From an uncultured Acidobacteriaceae bacterium (GTDB taxonomy: Bacteria > Acidobacteriota > Terriglobia > Terriglobales > Acidobacteriaceae): 64,000 nucleotides of DNA. The first letter of the stretch is position 1. The number at the start of each line of letters is the position of its first letter. The notes beneath the pieces were generated by a model that was not told the origin of the DNA, did not search any database, and saw only the letters and a program-made list of their open reading frames with translations. Shown piece by piece: positions 21,263 to 33,131 of the stretch. The translations under genes and the position numbers were made by a program. The DNA is taken from the NCBI GenBank assembly GCA_963832995.1, contig CAWHVZ010000004.1, positions 222,851-286,850 of the forward strand, written 5' to 3'.

Positions 21263-24200
21263 TTAGAAAGTAAACTTCGCAGCAATCTCAACGTTGCGAG
21301 GAGTGAATAGGAAGCCGCTGTTATTGGAACTGGTGACCGACCGGAACGTAGGAGCGTAGGTAAAGGTACTGGTAGTGGCGGAGGTCGCATTAACCGTATA
21401 CGCCGTCGTATTAATTCCATCGATATTCTGATGGTTGGCCACATTGAAGACATTGACGAACAGTTGCAGGTTATACCGCTCGGCGAACGGGATATCCTTC
21501 TGCAGCCGGGAGTCAAGCACAATATGCCGTGGGTACTTGTACGTGTTCCGGCCAATCACCGCGATATACGATGTGTTGCCCGTGCCGTTCCAGCCCGTCG
21601 TAATCGAGCCGGATGTGGTCTTCGCGCTCTGCGGTGCCGCCGAGTACGGAAGTCCGCTCCCCATCTGGAAACTGTTATTCAGGCTCCAGTTGTTCGTCAG
21701 ATAGCTCCACCAACTCGACTTGTTCACAGCGTTCGGGAAGTTATACAGCGCATAAGCAACAAAGCGGTTCGGTACGTTGTAGCTCGAGTTCCCATAGTTG
21801 GTGCGAGCCGCGGCGTACGGATCCAGCCAATTAGTCGAGCTGCTCGTCGTCGTGATTGCGTTCTGGTTGAAGTCCAGCGCATGCGACCAGGTATAGTGCG
21901 CGTCGAATTGAATCATGTGCAGCGAGCGATTCTGAATCTCAGCCGTAAATGCGTTGTAGTTCGAATTGATGTTGCTGATCACGTCAATGATGGCCTGATA
22001 CGAAGGATTCGTGTAGCTCGTATAGGTCGGCACCTGGTACTGCGTGCCGTTGGTCACTGGGCCCTTGCCCGTCGTGTCCACGAACGTAACCGTTGAGGTC
22101 TGCTTGGTGTTCGGGTTAAGGTTGGTGTTCAGGAAGTTCGGCAACTCACGGCCCAGCGCTCCCACATAGCTCATCGAGAATACTGTTCCCCTTCCCACCT
22201 CCTGCTGCATAATCAGGTCATACTCATTCACCAGCGGGTTCTGCAGGTGCGCGTCCAGGTAGTCCACCGCCGGCGATACCAGAGATCCGTTCCCGGTAAC
22301 AATGTTCGGCAACCTTGGAGATGGAGCTGCCGAACCCGCTGTCCCGAAGAAGTTTGACGTGTACTGCCCGCTCGCGCTTCCGGAGTTCAATAGAGTATTC
22401 AACAGCACGCCATTGGTGATGCGCCCGTAGTACATGCCAAAACCGCCGCGCACCACTGTCTTGCCGCCGCCGTACACGTCCCAGGAGAAGCCGACGCGTG
22501 GTCCGAAGTTGTTCTTGTCGCTCGGGTGGTTCGAAGTCGCCGGAACCGCCGCATTCGGAATCGATGGCGTAGGCAGCAGCTCCTGGTCAAACCGCAGACC
22601 AATCTCGAATGTCAGTCGCGGCGAGAACTTCCAGTTGTCCTGCGCAAAGATACCGTAATCCATCGTCGCAATTGCGAACACCGGATTGCCGAAGCCCTGC
22701 TGGAACTCCGAGTAGCACTGGTACGTCCCGGTTGCGTTCGCATTCGTCCCCGTAGCGCTCGCCGCCGACACCTGCGTGCTGTTGCAGGTCGAGGTCGCAC
22801 CTCCCTTGGAAGCCAGGTCCGCCAGGTAATTGCCGATAAAACTGTACTGGTAGTAGCCGTTGCTCTCGTAAGTGTTATTGATCAGATCATGGTTATGCAC
22901 GATATCGGCGCCGAACTTGAAGGAATGATTGCCCTTCGTGAAAAATAGCGAGTCTGCGACCTGCCACTTGCGCTCATCCGGCAGCGCCAGCCGGTAAGAG
23001 TAATACGGCGAACCCAAAATGAACCCGGTGCCGGTATTCAGGTTGACCTCGGGAATATTTCCCGTCGAAGCACCGGTCCCCTTCAGATTAGCCAGTGTGT
23101 ACGCGCTGAAGGGCTGTTGGCCCTCGTCGTTCAACTCGCGTCCGTACTGGTAGAGAATCTCGTTGCTGATCGTCGGCTTGATCAGGTTGGTCAGCTTGGC
23201 AACCCCATAGTCAAGCTTCACGAAGTCGGTCCCCCACGAGTCGATCGCGTAAGCGTTCGACACCGAGGTCTGCACGTCGCCCGGAGCATCCCAACGCAGA
23301 CGGTGATAAAGCGCGCTCACATGCTGCTTGCCATTCACCTGCCAGTCCACCTTGGGAGTATTGATCTCCTGATAGCCCGCACGCGGTACATTGCCCAAAT
23401 CTGGAAGGAAGTTGGCGAGCCCCGTCGAGTACGCCGCCGCACCCGCCGCATAGGTGGCCAATCCCTCGCGTGCCGCCAGCGTGCAGGCCTGGCTGTCCAG
23501 CGTGTAGTTCGAATTTGTCGTCGTGCTGCCCGTCAAATAACCGGCGTTCGCGCCCGACACGTTGCACGTCGCACCAGCAGGCAGGGCTGCGTCAGGCTGC
23601 GCAAAGAACGCTGCCGGGCTGCTGGCCTTCGCGATACCCGGATTGATGTGGGTGTGCTGGTCGTAGGTGTACATGAAGAACAGCCGGTCCTTGATAATCG
23701 GGCCGCCCACCGTGAACCCGTAGATCTTTCTCAGGTCCTCCGGCTTGTAGTGGGGAAATACAAATCCTGAAGGTATCGTGCCGCCGTTGGCATAAACCGC
23801 GACCGTGTTCGTCGTGTAGGCTTGGTAGGCGTTCCAGTTGCTTTCGCGGTCATAGAAGTACGCCTCACCGTGAAGCTGGTTCGTGCCGCTCTTGGTCACC
23901 GAGTTAATCACGCCGCCGGCGGCGCGCCCATACTCCGCTGCATAAACGCCCGTATTCATCTGGAACTCACGAACCGCCGCTCCCGAAGTCGAATACGCCT
24001 CGCGAGTCCGGCCACGCTCCTCTGAGTAGTACGCCTGGTTGTCGTCGGCGCCGTCGATCATAACGTTGTTCAAAATCGGGCTGATGCCGCGCACGCTCAC
24101 CAAGCCGAACCCACTCGAGTCCGGAACCACATTGGGGGTCGACAGCGCCAGCGCCGACCAGCGGCGATTGTTGACTGGAACCCCTTCCAGCTGCCGCGTA

Positions 24201-24640
24201 TTGATATTCGCTGAGAAGTCAGGCGAGTCGAAGTTCAGCAGCGGCGCCTCCGCCGTCACCTCCACCACCGACGACGTCTCACCTGCCTTCAGCTTCGGAG
24301 AAACATCGGTCTGCTGTCCTACCTGCACCAGCACGTTGGTCGCGTGATACTCGCTGAATCCCGGCGCCTTCACCGTCACCGAATACGTCCCCGGCTCCAC
24401 CAGCGGTGCCTTGTAGAAGCCGCTGTCGTCTGTCGTCAGCATAATCGTCGCATTCGTCCCGACGTTGACGATTGTTACGCTGGCGTTACCCACGACCGCT
24501 CCGCTCGAATCGGACACCGTGCCGCCAATCGACCCCTGCGTCGTCGTCTGCGCATGCCCCATCGTCACGGCTAGCACGAGCAGCATGAAGATCACTCCCA
24601 ACCGCCTGCATGAACTCACTAAATTCACCTTTATCATCAT
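21263..24640 (-). CDS. Oar-type TonB-dependent receptor
   Basis: Signal peptide, AVREFQ...AEYGRAAGG plug, ends KFTF; GAGGAG RBS; paralog of the adjacent receptor. Confidence 0.92.
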   Translation of the reverse strand: MMIKVNLVSSCRRLGVIFMLLVLAVTMGHAQTTTQGSIGGTVSDSSGAVVGNASVTIVNVGTNATIMLTTDDSGFYKAPLVEPGTYSVTVKAPGFSEYHATNVLVQVGQQTDVSPKLKAGETSSVVEVTAEAPLLNFDSPDFSANINTRQLEGVPVNNRRWSALALSTPNVVPDSSGFGLVSVRGISPILNNVMIDGADDNQAYYSEERGRTREAYSTSGAAVREFQMNTGVYAAEYGRAAGGVINSVTKSGTNQLHGEAYFYDRESNWNAYQAYTTNTVAVYANGGTIPSGFVFPHYKPEDLRKIYGFTVGGPIIKDRLFFMYTYDQHTHINPGIAKASSPAAFFAQPDAALPAGATCNVSGANAGYLTGSTTTNSNYTLDSQACTLAAREGLATYAAGAAAYSTGLANFLPDLGNVPRAGYQEINTPKVDWQVNGKQHVSALYHRLRWDAPGDVQTSVSNAYAIDSWGTDFVKLDYGVAKLTNLIKPTISNEILYQYGRELNDEGQQPFSAYTLANLKGTGASTGNIPEVNLNTGTGFILGSPYYSYRLALPDERKWQVADSLFFTKGNHSFKFGADIVHNHDLINNTYESNGYYQYSFIGNYLADLASKGGATSTCNSTQVSAASATGTNANATGTYQCYSEFQQGFGNPVFAIATMDYGIFAQDNWKFSPRLTFEIGLRFDQELLPTPSIPNAAVPATSNHPSDKNNFGPRVGFSWDVYGGGKTVVRGGFGMYYGRITNGVLLNTLLNSGSASGQYTSNFFGTAGSAAPSPRLPNIVTGNGSLVSPAVDYLDAHLQNPLVNEYDLIMQQEVGRGTVFSMSYVGALGRELPNFLNTNLNPNTKQTSTVTFVDTTGKGPVTNGTQYQVPTYTSYTNPSYQAIIDVISNINSNYNAFTAEIQNRSLHMIQFDAHYTWSHALDFNQNAITTTSSSTNWLDPYAAARTNYGNSSYNVPNRFVAYALYNFPNAVNKSSWWSYLTNNWSLNNSFQMGSGLPYSAAPQSAKTTSGSITTGWNGTGNTSYIAVIGRNTYKYPRHIVLDSRLQKDIPFAERYNLQLFVNVFNVANHQNIDGINTTAYTVNATSATTSTFTYAPTFRSVTSSNNSGFLFTPRNVEIAAKFTF

Positions 24641-25035
24641 GGTCTCCTCAAAAAACGGTTTTTCCCGTAGGGTGTTCAATCCCCATCGTGGCTGACTCTT
24701 AAACTCAAAACTTGTCCTTGAACCTTTAAACCATCCCATACCAGCATTAACTGCCGGTTACATCACGGAGATTCATCTGAATGTATGCAGGTATTGGCCG
24801 ATGCGATGTAGCCGGCCGTCCAGTGTTACAGCAGTTCGTTCATGCTCGTCGATCGCTTAGATGCGTTCGGTTTACGCCGCTTCCCTATAAACTGAGTAAA
24901 GAATTGGAAGGAGCCTCCTGTCAATTCTAGATTCTGCCTATTTGAGGATGTAGCTTTCAGAAATCAGTCCACCCGAAAGCTGTCCTCCCTTAAACCACGC
25001 TCTTTCAATCGGCAACACAGGCAGCCAGACAACCA

Positions 25036-26160
25036 ATGTTTATAGATGAAGCAAAAATCCGCATAAAAGCCGGTGACGGCGGTAACGGCTGCATGGCCTT
25101 CCGCCGCGAAAAGTTCGTCCCCCGAGGCGGCCCCTCCGGCGGCGATGGCGGCCACGGCGGAGACATCCTCATGTCCTCCTCCCTCAGCCACAACACCTTA
25201 GTCCACTTCCGTTTCAACCCCGAGCACAAGTCCGAGCGCGGCGGCCACGGCCTCGGCTCAAACATGTCCGGAACCACCGCCCAGCCCACCATCCTCAAAG
25301 TCCCGGTCGGCACCCTCCTCTACGACGACGCCACCGGCGAGCTCATCCACGACTTCGCCCATCCCAACGAGACCATCGTCATCGCCCGCGGCGGTCGCGG
25401 CGGCCGCGGCAACCAGCACTTCGCCACCTCCACCCACCAGGCCCCCCGCGAGCACGAGCTCGGCCGCCCCGGCGAAGAGCGCATCTACCGCCTCGAGCTC
25501 CGTCTACTAGCCGACGCCGGCCTCGTCGGCTACCCCAACGTCGGCAAATCCACCCTCATCTCCCGCCTCTCCGCCGCCAAACCCAAGATCGCCAACTACG
25601 CCTTCACCACCCTCGAGCCCAACCTCGGCGTAGTCCAGGTCGGCGACTTCCCCCACACCCACTCCTTCACCATAGCCGACCTCCCCGGCCTCATCGAAGG
25701 CGCGCACCTCGGCCACGGCCTCGGCATCCAGTTCCTCAAGCACATCGAGCGCACCTCCGTCATCGTCCACCTCGTCGACGTCTCCGACTCCTCGGCCGCC
25801 GAAGGCACCTCCCGCCCCGACCCCGTCGAAGACTTCAAGGTCATCACCGCCGAGCTCAAGTCCTTCGACCCCGCCCTCGCCGCCAAGCCCACCATCCTCG
25901 TCGCCTCCAAAGCCGACGTAGCCAACTCCGACAAGCTCAAAAAGCTCACCACCTTTGCCAAGCGCCGCAAGATGCAGCTCTTCCCCATCTCCGCCGTCAC
26001 CGGAGAAGGCATCGAGCCCCTGAAATACGCCATCGCCGCCCTCGTCGAGCAACACCGCCCCGCGCCTCTCGAACCCGAGCCTCCCGCCATCGAAAAACCC
26101 GCCAAACTCAGGCCCGCCTACCCCCCACCCGCCCCCAGCTCCCGTGGCCGCTCCCGATAA
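25036..26160 (+). CDS. obgE: GTPase ObgE
   Basis: MFIDEA..GDGGNG Obg fold, [18 protein letters not shown]. Confidence 0.97.
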   Translation: MFIDEAKIRIKAGDGGNGCMAFRREKFVPRGGPSGGDGGHGGDILMSSSLSHNTLVHFRFNPEHKSERGGHGLGSNMSGTTAQPTILKVPVGTLLYDDATGELIHDFAHPNETIVIARGGRGGRGNQHFATSTHQAPREHELGRPGEERIYRLELRLLADAGLVGYPNVGKSTLISRLSAAKPKIANYAFTTLEPNLGVVQVGDFPHTHSFTIADLPGLIEGAHLGHGLGIQFLKHIERTSVIVHLVDVSDSSAAEGTSRPDPVEDFKVITAELKSFDPALAAKPTILVASKADVANSDKLKKLTTFAKRRKMQLFPISAVTGEGIEPLKYAIAALVEQHRPAPLEPEPPAIEKPAKLRPAYPPPAPSSRGRSR

Positions 26161-26183
26161 TCCACTGCCGCATTGATTTTGCT

Positions 26184-26346
26184 CGTCATTGTGGCGAAGC
26201 CAGGATCTCCATATTTCGCTTTTGCCGTTGCCTGTTTCAGTAGCGCCGGCTCCATAACTCGCCAGCGCCATCCAAAATGGCCGTCATTCTGAGCGGAGGC
26301 ACTCACAGTATTATCGTGAGTGCCGTAGTCGAAGAAACCCCGCATT
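26184..26346 (+). repeat. REP-like GTCATT family cluster
   Basis: GTCATTGTGGCGAAGCCAG and GTCATTCTGAGCGGAGGC...GTCGAAGAAACCC. Confidence 0.8.
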
Positions 26347-26456
26347 TCGTTTTTGCCGTGCCCGTTCTTAATTTCCGTCATCCGCGCAAATCCGCGGTCC
26401 GGCTTTGAGCCCGCAACCTTCCCCCGGAAATCACATCCAACCACAGGAGGCCAAGC

Positions 26457-26903
26457 ATGCCCGTCATCCGAACCTGCAAACAGTGCGGTCAAAAGAACCG
26501 CGTAACCGCCCCCAACCTCGCCCAGACCGGTCGCTGCGGAGCCTGCAAAACCCCACTCCCGCCCCTCGCCGAGCCCATCCCCGCCGACACCGCCCTCTTC
26601 GACGAGATCATTCAGTCCGCCCGCGTTCCTGTCCTCGTAGACTTCTGGGCCGACTGGTGTGGCCCCTGCCGAGCCGCCGCACCCGAGGTCGCACGCACCG
26701 CCGCCGACATGGCCGGCTTGGCCATCGTCCTCAAGGTCGACACTGAGCACGACCCCCAGCTCTCCGCGCGTTACAACGTCCGCGGCATCCCCAACTTCGC
26801 CATCTTCTCCGGCGGCAAGCTGGTCCAGCAGCAAGCCGGCCTCGTCAACCACTCCGTCATGGAATCCTGGCTGAAGTCCGCCGGGCTCTCACAGTCCGCC
26901 TGA
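26457..26903 (+). CDS. trxC: Thioredoxin 2 with N-terminal Zn finger
   Basis: CKQC...CGAC and WCGPC; AGGAGG RBS. Confidence 0.92.
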   Translation: MPVIRTCKQCGQKNRVTAPNLAQTGRCGACKTPLPPLAEPIPADTALFDEIIQSARVPVLVDFWADWCGPCRAAAPEVARTAADMAGLAIVLKVDTEHDPQLSARYNVRGIPNFAIFSGGKLVQQQAGLVNHSVMESWLKSAGLSQSA

Positions 26904-27311
26904 AAATCCCTCTCGCATCGTCAAGATCTAAATCGCTTATTCGAAGCATCAATAATCCTCGAAAAGGACTACACTTCCGTGACGCCGGGAATCGGTCGGC
27001 TTCAGAGCCCGTCCCGGGCGAAGTCGAGCAGCACCGGCCCCTGCCTTTTGTCCGTCATTCCAAACTCTCAGAGCAGTCGAGCCAAAGAAATCCGATTCTT
27101 ATCGCCCGACGTGAAACACAAAATGCAAAATAACCGTCTCAGAAGAAAGCGGGCCAGGCACGTCGTTTAACGTTGCAGCTATATGCTGAAGGAAATGGAT
27201 TTACGCCGTCCCTTGATGATCCGCCGATGAACTTCGTCGTCGCCATCGTTCTGATTCTCCTGATCTGGGCGCTAATGATAGAGCTGCGCGGCCGGTAGCA
27301 CCCGAACTGCG

Positions 27312-27394
27312 CGACCCACCCCAAAGCCCTTCGCCAGTCCTCTCGACCCACCCCAAAGCCGCTCACCCGTCCTCTCTCGACCCACCCAAACCCT
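27312..27394 (+). repeat. Three direct repeats, about 33-bp period
   Basis: CGACCCACCC(C)AAA x3. Confidence 0.7.
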
Positions 27395-27440
27395 GTCATT
27401 CGAAAAAAAAACGATTTTGAAGGGGAGCGGTTTCAAGACG

Positions 27441-27635
27441 AAAGCGTTTTCTGCTGGGAACCCATCACCAGATCCAGGGAAAACACCTCAAACGCTATGT
27501 CGCAGAGTTCAACTACCGCCTCAACCGCAGAACCATGGAGCAAGAACTCCTCACCAGGCTCCTCCGGCTGCACTCGCCACTCACACCATCACATACAAAC
27601 AACTCATCGCAAAGCCTGAGCTAACTTGATAATCA
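27441..27635 (+). mobile_element. IS1595-family transposase 3' remnant
   Basis: GTHHQIQGKHLKRYVAEFNYRLNRR matches the IS1595 C-terminal motif; the rest of the gene is absent. Confidence 0.75.
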
Positions 27636-27704
27636 TCTACTAAGATTCTGGCTTCGCCAGAATGACGGCTAAAGAGAGAGTGGGTGGAGGGATTAGTGTG
27701 GTGG

Positions 27705-28537
27705 TTATTTAGTGGTTGGGGCGAGGTCTTTGGTTAGGGGGATGTTCAGGGTCTTGATGCCGGTTACTACGGAGGCGGCGTTTAGCTGGGCTCCGGCTTT
27801 GCGGCTGTGCTGGTTGTCGTTGAAGAGGGCGCGTGGTGGCCTGCTGACCGAGGGCGTCGTACTTGTCGGCGGAGATGGTGTTGAGGTCGATGAAGAGGGT
27901 GCCGCTTTGGCCGGCGGCTTCCTCGGCCCAGCTTGCGTAGCCGTCGAAGCCCGCGGATCTTGCCCTCGACCCACGGGTTGCGCGGCGGCGGCGAGCAGAT
28001 GATAACGTCGCGCCTTGGCTTTGGCATCCTTCACATATTGGCGCAGGTACCAGCCGTAGGTGTGGATGGTTTCGTGCTGGTGGGTGACGGCCGACTCGAT
28101 CTCTTGGTCTCGTCACCGTCGCCCTTGAGGGTGGTGCGGTCGGGATAGTTCTGCGGAGTTGGCTGCGTCGTTGTGGCCGAATTGCAGGATGACCCAGTCG
28201 CCGGGCTGCAGCTGATCCAGGATCTTTTGCCAAGCGCCTTCCTCGATGTAGCCGCGGCTGCTGCGGCCGCCGAGTGCATCGTTGTAGACGTGGATCTTGG
28301 CGGCGTCGAACATGCGGGATGATCTCCGTAACCCCAGCCCCAGGGGCCGGTGTCTCCATTGCCGGTGCCGGTGCGCATGATGGAGTCGCCGACGAGGAAG
28401 AGGGCGGGATGCTGGGCGGTGGCCTGCATGGGCTGGGCCTGCGGGGAGTCGGGGACTGGCGGGGCTTGCGCGAGAGTGATTGGCGCGAGGATGGCAAGCG
28501 CGGCTGTGGGCAGGAGCTTCTTGAGTTGAGTGTTCAT
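27705..28537 (-). CDS. Rhamnogalacturonan acetylesterase (CE12, SGNH; frameshifted)
   Basis: LVGDS, GGRSSR, QFGHND; signal peptide. Confidence 0.85.
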
Positions 28538-28589
28538 CGTTGGGATTCCTTGTATTTGGGTGGTCTTTTGCCGGGGTGGTTAGTGTGTT

Positions 28590-28602
28590 TTGGTTAGACC
28601 AA
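28590..28602. promoter_or_regulatory. FadR/GntR-type operator
   Basis: Perfect TTGGT-TAG-ACCAA; related sites at 28814-28824 and 38782-38792. Confidence 0.55.
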
Positions 28603-28771
28603 TAGCGTTGCCAGGAAGGCGAACCGGGTTTCGGAGATAAGAGTAACTGAAAGAGGTGTCGCTGCCAATGATTATTGGCGGAAGGTATTGAATGCCTTGC
28701 AGATTCAGCTGTTTTGTGGTGGGTCTCGTGGATTACGAAGGGGCTTGCGCGGGGCGGCAACTGGCTGTGTA

Positions 28772-28800
28772 TTGACAGCGGCTTGTTGCGTACTTATATT
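28772..28800 (+). promoter_or_regulatory. Sigma70 promoter
   Basis: TTGACA-17nt-TATATT. Confidence 0.65.
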
Positions 28801-28863
28801 TTCATCGATAAAGTGACCAGACCAATCTGCGCTATGGGGAGGAGGAGCTCCCGCTAGCAAAAG

Positions 28864-29141
28864 CGAAATGCGGGGATTCTTCGCTTCGTTCAGAATGACA
28901 ACGAAAAACAGACAACGGCAAGGCTAGAACAGGCAACAGCAGAAACGGATTCCTCCCCTTCGACTACTCTCAGGTGCGGAACGACAAACAAAAGGACAAG
29001 CGACAGCAAAACAAGAACGAGCAACTACAAAAGCAAAAGCAGGTCCTTCGACTCCGTTGCTCGCAAAGTGCGCGAGCAACTTCGCTCAGGATGACACCTT
29101 TATAGGCGATGGTAGATGGGGCTATAGGCGATGGTAGATGG
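28864..29141. repeat. REP-like cluster plus a 19-bp tandem duplication
   Basis: Three copies of the TTCG...CAGAATGAC type; TATAGGCGATGGTAGATGG at 29101 and 29123. Confidence 0.8.
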
Positions 29142-29181
29142 AGCAACGGCAAAAGCAAGAACAAGTAATACGAGGACAATA

Positions 29182-31718
29182 ATGTATACGCATCGGCTAT
29201 CACGTCTCGTTTCGGCAGTATTCGCGATCGCTTCGGCGGCTTTGGCTTTGACGAGCGCGCCTGTGGCACGTGCGCAGGACAATCTTCGCGGCGCTCCTTA
29301 TAACGGGTATACGGGGGTGAAGTTCGATACGACGAAGTATGCGTATGACTACCTGGTGGATGGGAGTTTGGCGCAGGATGATGCGGCGAACAAGAAGTTC
29401 AAGTCGCTGGCGGCGGCGTATGAGGCGGCTCCGGCGGGGACGGCGGGTAAGCCTACGGTGATCGGCATCAAGCCGAATCTGTATTTGTTTCATGCGGCGG
29501 AGGACGCGCCGACGAGTTTGACGATTACGAAGAACTACATCACGCTGCTGGGGCTGACGGATGACCGGCGCAACGTGGTGATTGCGGATAATCGCGGCAA
29601 TAAAGAGGGCGCGACGAACAATGGGTACGTGCTGGATGTGAATGCGACGGGGTTCTCGGCGATCAACCTGACGGTGGTGAACTTCGCGAATATGGACTAT
29701 GAGTATCCGGGGGATGCTTCGAAGAATTTGAAGATGCGGTCGCCGGTGATTACGCAGGCGGTGGCAATGAATCTGCGCGGGGACAAGCACTACTACTCAC
29801 ATGTGGCGTTTTTGAGCAGGCTGGATACGATGTTTATCCAGACGACGCGGTCGTACTTTACGAATGCTTATGTGGAGGGCACGGACGATTTTCTGGGTGG
29901 CGGGCAGGTGAGTGTGTTTCAGGACTCGGAGATTTATTTTCCGACGGGGAATGGGGTGATGTCGGCTTCGGGGATTACGTTTATCAATACGGTGTTTCGC
30001 GCGGAGCATGGGCTGGAGTTTCATAAGGGCTTTCGGAATCCGGATACGCTGATCAATTGCACGATGCCGGTGAATACACCGACTTCGCCGGTGGCGTGGA
30101 TGGTTTGGAAGACGCCGGTGCGGCAGAATGTTTACGCGCTGACGTACAAGACAAAGGATGCGAAGGGGAATCCGGCGGTGTTTTATGACAGCATTGTGGG
30201 ACCGCATACGTTTACGCTGTCGCGGGAGATAAGCGGTGAGGAGGTGAAGGCGTTTAATCCCTGGAACCTGCTACGGGCTGCTCCGAATGGGCCGGTGGAT
30301 GACTGGGATCCGGCGGGGGTGAAGGGTAAGTATGCGAGCGAGGGCGACGAGGTCTTCAGGATGGAGCTGACGGGTGGAAGGCCGGATGGCGATGCAGCGG
30401 CTCTGGGGCCGTTCACCAGTCCGACGGTTTCGCCGACGGTGAGGACGGGTGGGCCGGGGTCGAAGGTTATGCGAATGTGTTTCCAGCGCGGATGAAGAGT
30501 GCGGTAATTACGTGGTCGGCGGCGTCTCCGCTGGTGGCTTTGAGTTCGACTACCGGGAGCAGCGTGGTGGTGACGGCGAATAATACGACGGGGAAGCCGG
30601 AGTGGGTGCCGGTGAAGGCGATGGCTCCAAATGGGTTTTATGTGACTGCTTATGTTTATGCGGAGCCGAAGTATATTGATCCGCCGGCGTTTTCGAGCAA
30701 GCCTATGGTGGCCGCGCCTGCGGGTGGGAAGGTGCAGGTGAACTATGCGCTGAATCTTGCGGGGCATGATGACCAGTCGCTGATTAGCTGGTATCTGTGC
30801 GGCAGCTCAACGTGTGACGACGCGCGCAAGATTGCGGTGAGCCGCGGGAATGAGCCGCTGAAAAGCGTTACGCTGACGCCGGGCGATGTGGGCAAGTTTG
30901 TGAAGGTGAGCGTCGAGCCGAAGCACAACATCAGCGATCCGGGGCCGGCAGTAGCGGCGGTTTCGAATAAGCCGATTGTGGCGGCTGATGTGAAGTCGAC
31001 GACTGTCGATCCGAACTTCAGGAACTTTGTGGAGGCTCCGAACGACACGTATGTGAATGGGATGTGGACGGTGATTGGGACCTGGACCTCGCGGAGTGCG
31101 GAGGAGCTGGTGAACGGGTATGGGCTGCGGGTGAGTAATCCGCCGGTGGTTGCAGGCGGAGCGGGGGCTGCGTCAGGCGGTATCGGTGGGGCTACTGCGG
31201 TTCGGGCGCCGAATCCGCATGCAGCGCTGGTGTATGTGAACGATGGGCCGGTGGGCGATATGACGGTGAAGGTGGTGATGACTCCGGAGAAGACGGCTGG
31301 GCAGGGATTTGGGATTGCCGGGGCTCCGGATGATGGGGACCGGACGCAGCGGGCGGATATCTATATTAAGTACGATCCGCGGACGAAGACGGGTTATGCG
31401 CTGAGGTTCTGGCGGACGATACAGGCGGCGGATAAGTGCATGTTCCAGCTTTATAAGATCGAGAATGGCGTGGGGACTCCGGTGAATGCGCAGCAGGAGC
31501 TGACGGGCGTGTTCAAGCCGAATACTACGATTACGTTGTCGGTGGCGGGGAATAGGCTGACGGCTAAGGGATCGAATACGGTGGATAAGGAGACGCTGTC
31601 GCTCGAAGGGACGATTGCTCCGAATATGTTTGGCGGGGCGGGAGTTTATTGGTCGGGGTCGGCGCCGGTTGGGAACAGCAATGTTTATTCGGAGATTGAG
31701 ATTAGTTATCCGAAGTAA
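29182..31718 (+). CDS. Secreted pectinesterase-like (CE8-like beta-helix) multidomain protein (frameshift near 30475)
   Basis: Signal peptide; TQAVA, SRLDT, YVEGTDDFLGG. Confidence 0.7.
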
Positions 31719-31818
31719 GAGGATCTGCGGAGTGGGGTTCTGCCGCACTGATGGATGGGATGGCGAGCGGGCTCAGAGGGACAGGCAATACGATTTGTGA
31801 ATCAGTGAGGAGTGTTTT

Positions 31819-33090
31819 ATGCAGACTAGCCGTCGTGATATTTTTCGAGGCGCCGTTGCCGCCGGACTTGCAGCCGGGTTGCCGAGGATGGGCAACGCCG
31901 CTACCACTACTGATGCGGGTCTGAAGGCCAGGTACGCGAAGCTGGATGAGGCGCTGGCGCGGCCGGTCTTCAAGCGTGAGCTGTTCAAGGAGCCGGCGAT
32001 CATCGAGACGATCGAGCTGCTGCACTACAAGAACAGCTGGCTGTGCCGGGTGCGCATGAAGGATGGCGCCGAGGGGATCTCGGTTTCGAACGCGACGCAG
32101 ATGGAGGTGCTGTACCCGATCTTTACGCGGCGGATTGCGCCGTACTTCATCGGCAAGGATGCGCGCGACATCGAGGACCTGCTGGAAGAGGTGATGGTCT
32201 ACGAGAACAACTACAAGGCGACGGGGCTGGCGATCTTTGTGCCGCTGGCTACGCTGGAGTTCGCGATTCTGGATATGTTCGGGAAGAAGGCGAACCGGTC
32301 GATCGGGCTGCTTATCTCGGACAAGATCTACATGCCGAAGATCAATGTCTATCAGGCGAATGGCGAGCGGTATATCTCGGCGGAGGAGACGATTGAGCAT
32401 CTGCAGCGCGATGTTGCGATTTCGCATGCTAAGGCGATCAAGTTCAAGCTGGGCGGGAGGATGTCGCACCCGGAGACGCCGGTGGGGCGCAGCGAGAAGC
32501 TGATTCCGCTGGTGAGGAAGACGTTTGGGGACAAGATGGTGATCTCGGCGGACGCGAATGGATCGTACACGGCGGCAGAGGCGATTCCGATTGGCAAGCT
32601 GATGCAGGAGTATAACTACGCGTTCTACGAGGAGCCGGTGCCGTTCGACTGGTACGAGGAACTGAAGACGGTTGCCGATGCGCTGAAGATTCCGATGGCG
32701 CTGGGCGAGCAGGAGCCGAGCACTCACAACTTCCGCTGGGTGCTGGCGAATAACGCGGTGGGGATTGTGCAGCAGGACATGTTCTACTTCGGCGGCATGG
32801 TGCGGTGCATGCGCGTGGCACGGATGGCGGAGGTGCTGGGCAAGCAGTGCATTCCTCACATCTCGTCGACGGGGCTGGGGTATCTATATATGATGCACTT
32901 CGTTTCGTCGATTCCGAACTCGGGGCTATACCACGAGTTCAAGGAGTTCAATAACGATCTGCCGTATACTTGCGAGACCTCGACGCTGCGGAGCGACAGT
33001 GAAGGCGTGATTACGGTGCCGACGGGGCCGGGGCTGGGAGTTACGATTGATCCGGCTTACATTGCGAAGCATACTGTTGTGAAGGGATGA
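31819..33090 (+). CDS. Tat-exported mandelate racemase/muconate lactonizing family enzyme
   Basis: SRRDIF Tat motif; KFK, DAN, EEP and GE motifs. Confidence 0.88.
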   Translation: MQTSRRDIFRGAVAAGLAAGLPRMGNAATTTDAGLKARYAKLDEALARPVFKRELFKEPAIIETIELLHYKNSWLCRVRMKDGAEGISVSNATQMEVLYPIFTRRIAPYFIGKDARDIEDLLEEVMVYENNYKATGLAIFVPLATLEFAILDMFGKKANRSIGLLISDKIYMPKINVYQANGERYISAEETIEHLQRDVAISHAKAIKFKLGGRMSHPETPVGRSEKLIPLVRKTFGDKMVISADANGSYTAAEAIPIGKLMQEYNYAFYEEPVPFDWYEELKTVADALKIPMALGEQEPSTHNFRWVLANNAVGIVQQDMFYFGGMVRCMRVARMAEVLGKQCIPHISSTGLGYLYMMHFVSSIPNSGLYHEFKEFNNDLPYTCETSTLRSDSEGVITVPTGPGLGVTIDPAYIAKHTVVKG

Positions 33091-33131
33091 CGGCGAGGCG
33101 ATTGTCGCAGCGTTGAAAGGGGAGCGATTCT

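Noticed and set aside
18102-21266. 1054-aa plus-strand ORF and similar long antisense ORFs (e.g. 14464-16488, 45775-48000 in part)
   Set aside because: Pro/Arg/His-rich shadow or frameshift-fused frames produced by codon bias of the real genes.
27312-27394. Direct repeats as a mini-CRISPR
   Set aside because: The repeat is about 14-17 nt and the intervening sequences resemble each other.
29101-29141. GGCGATGG as a fluoride riboswitch
   Set aside because: No complementary stem or downstream conserved motif; it is a simple tandem duplication.
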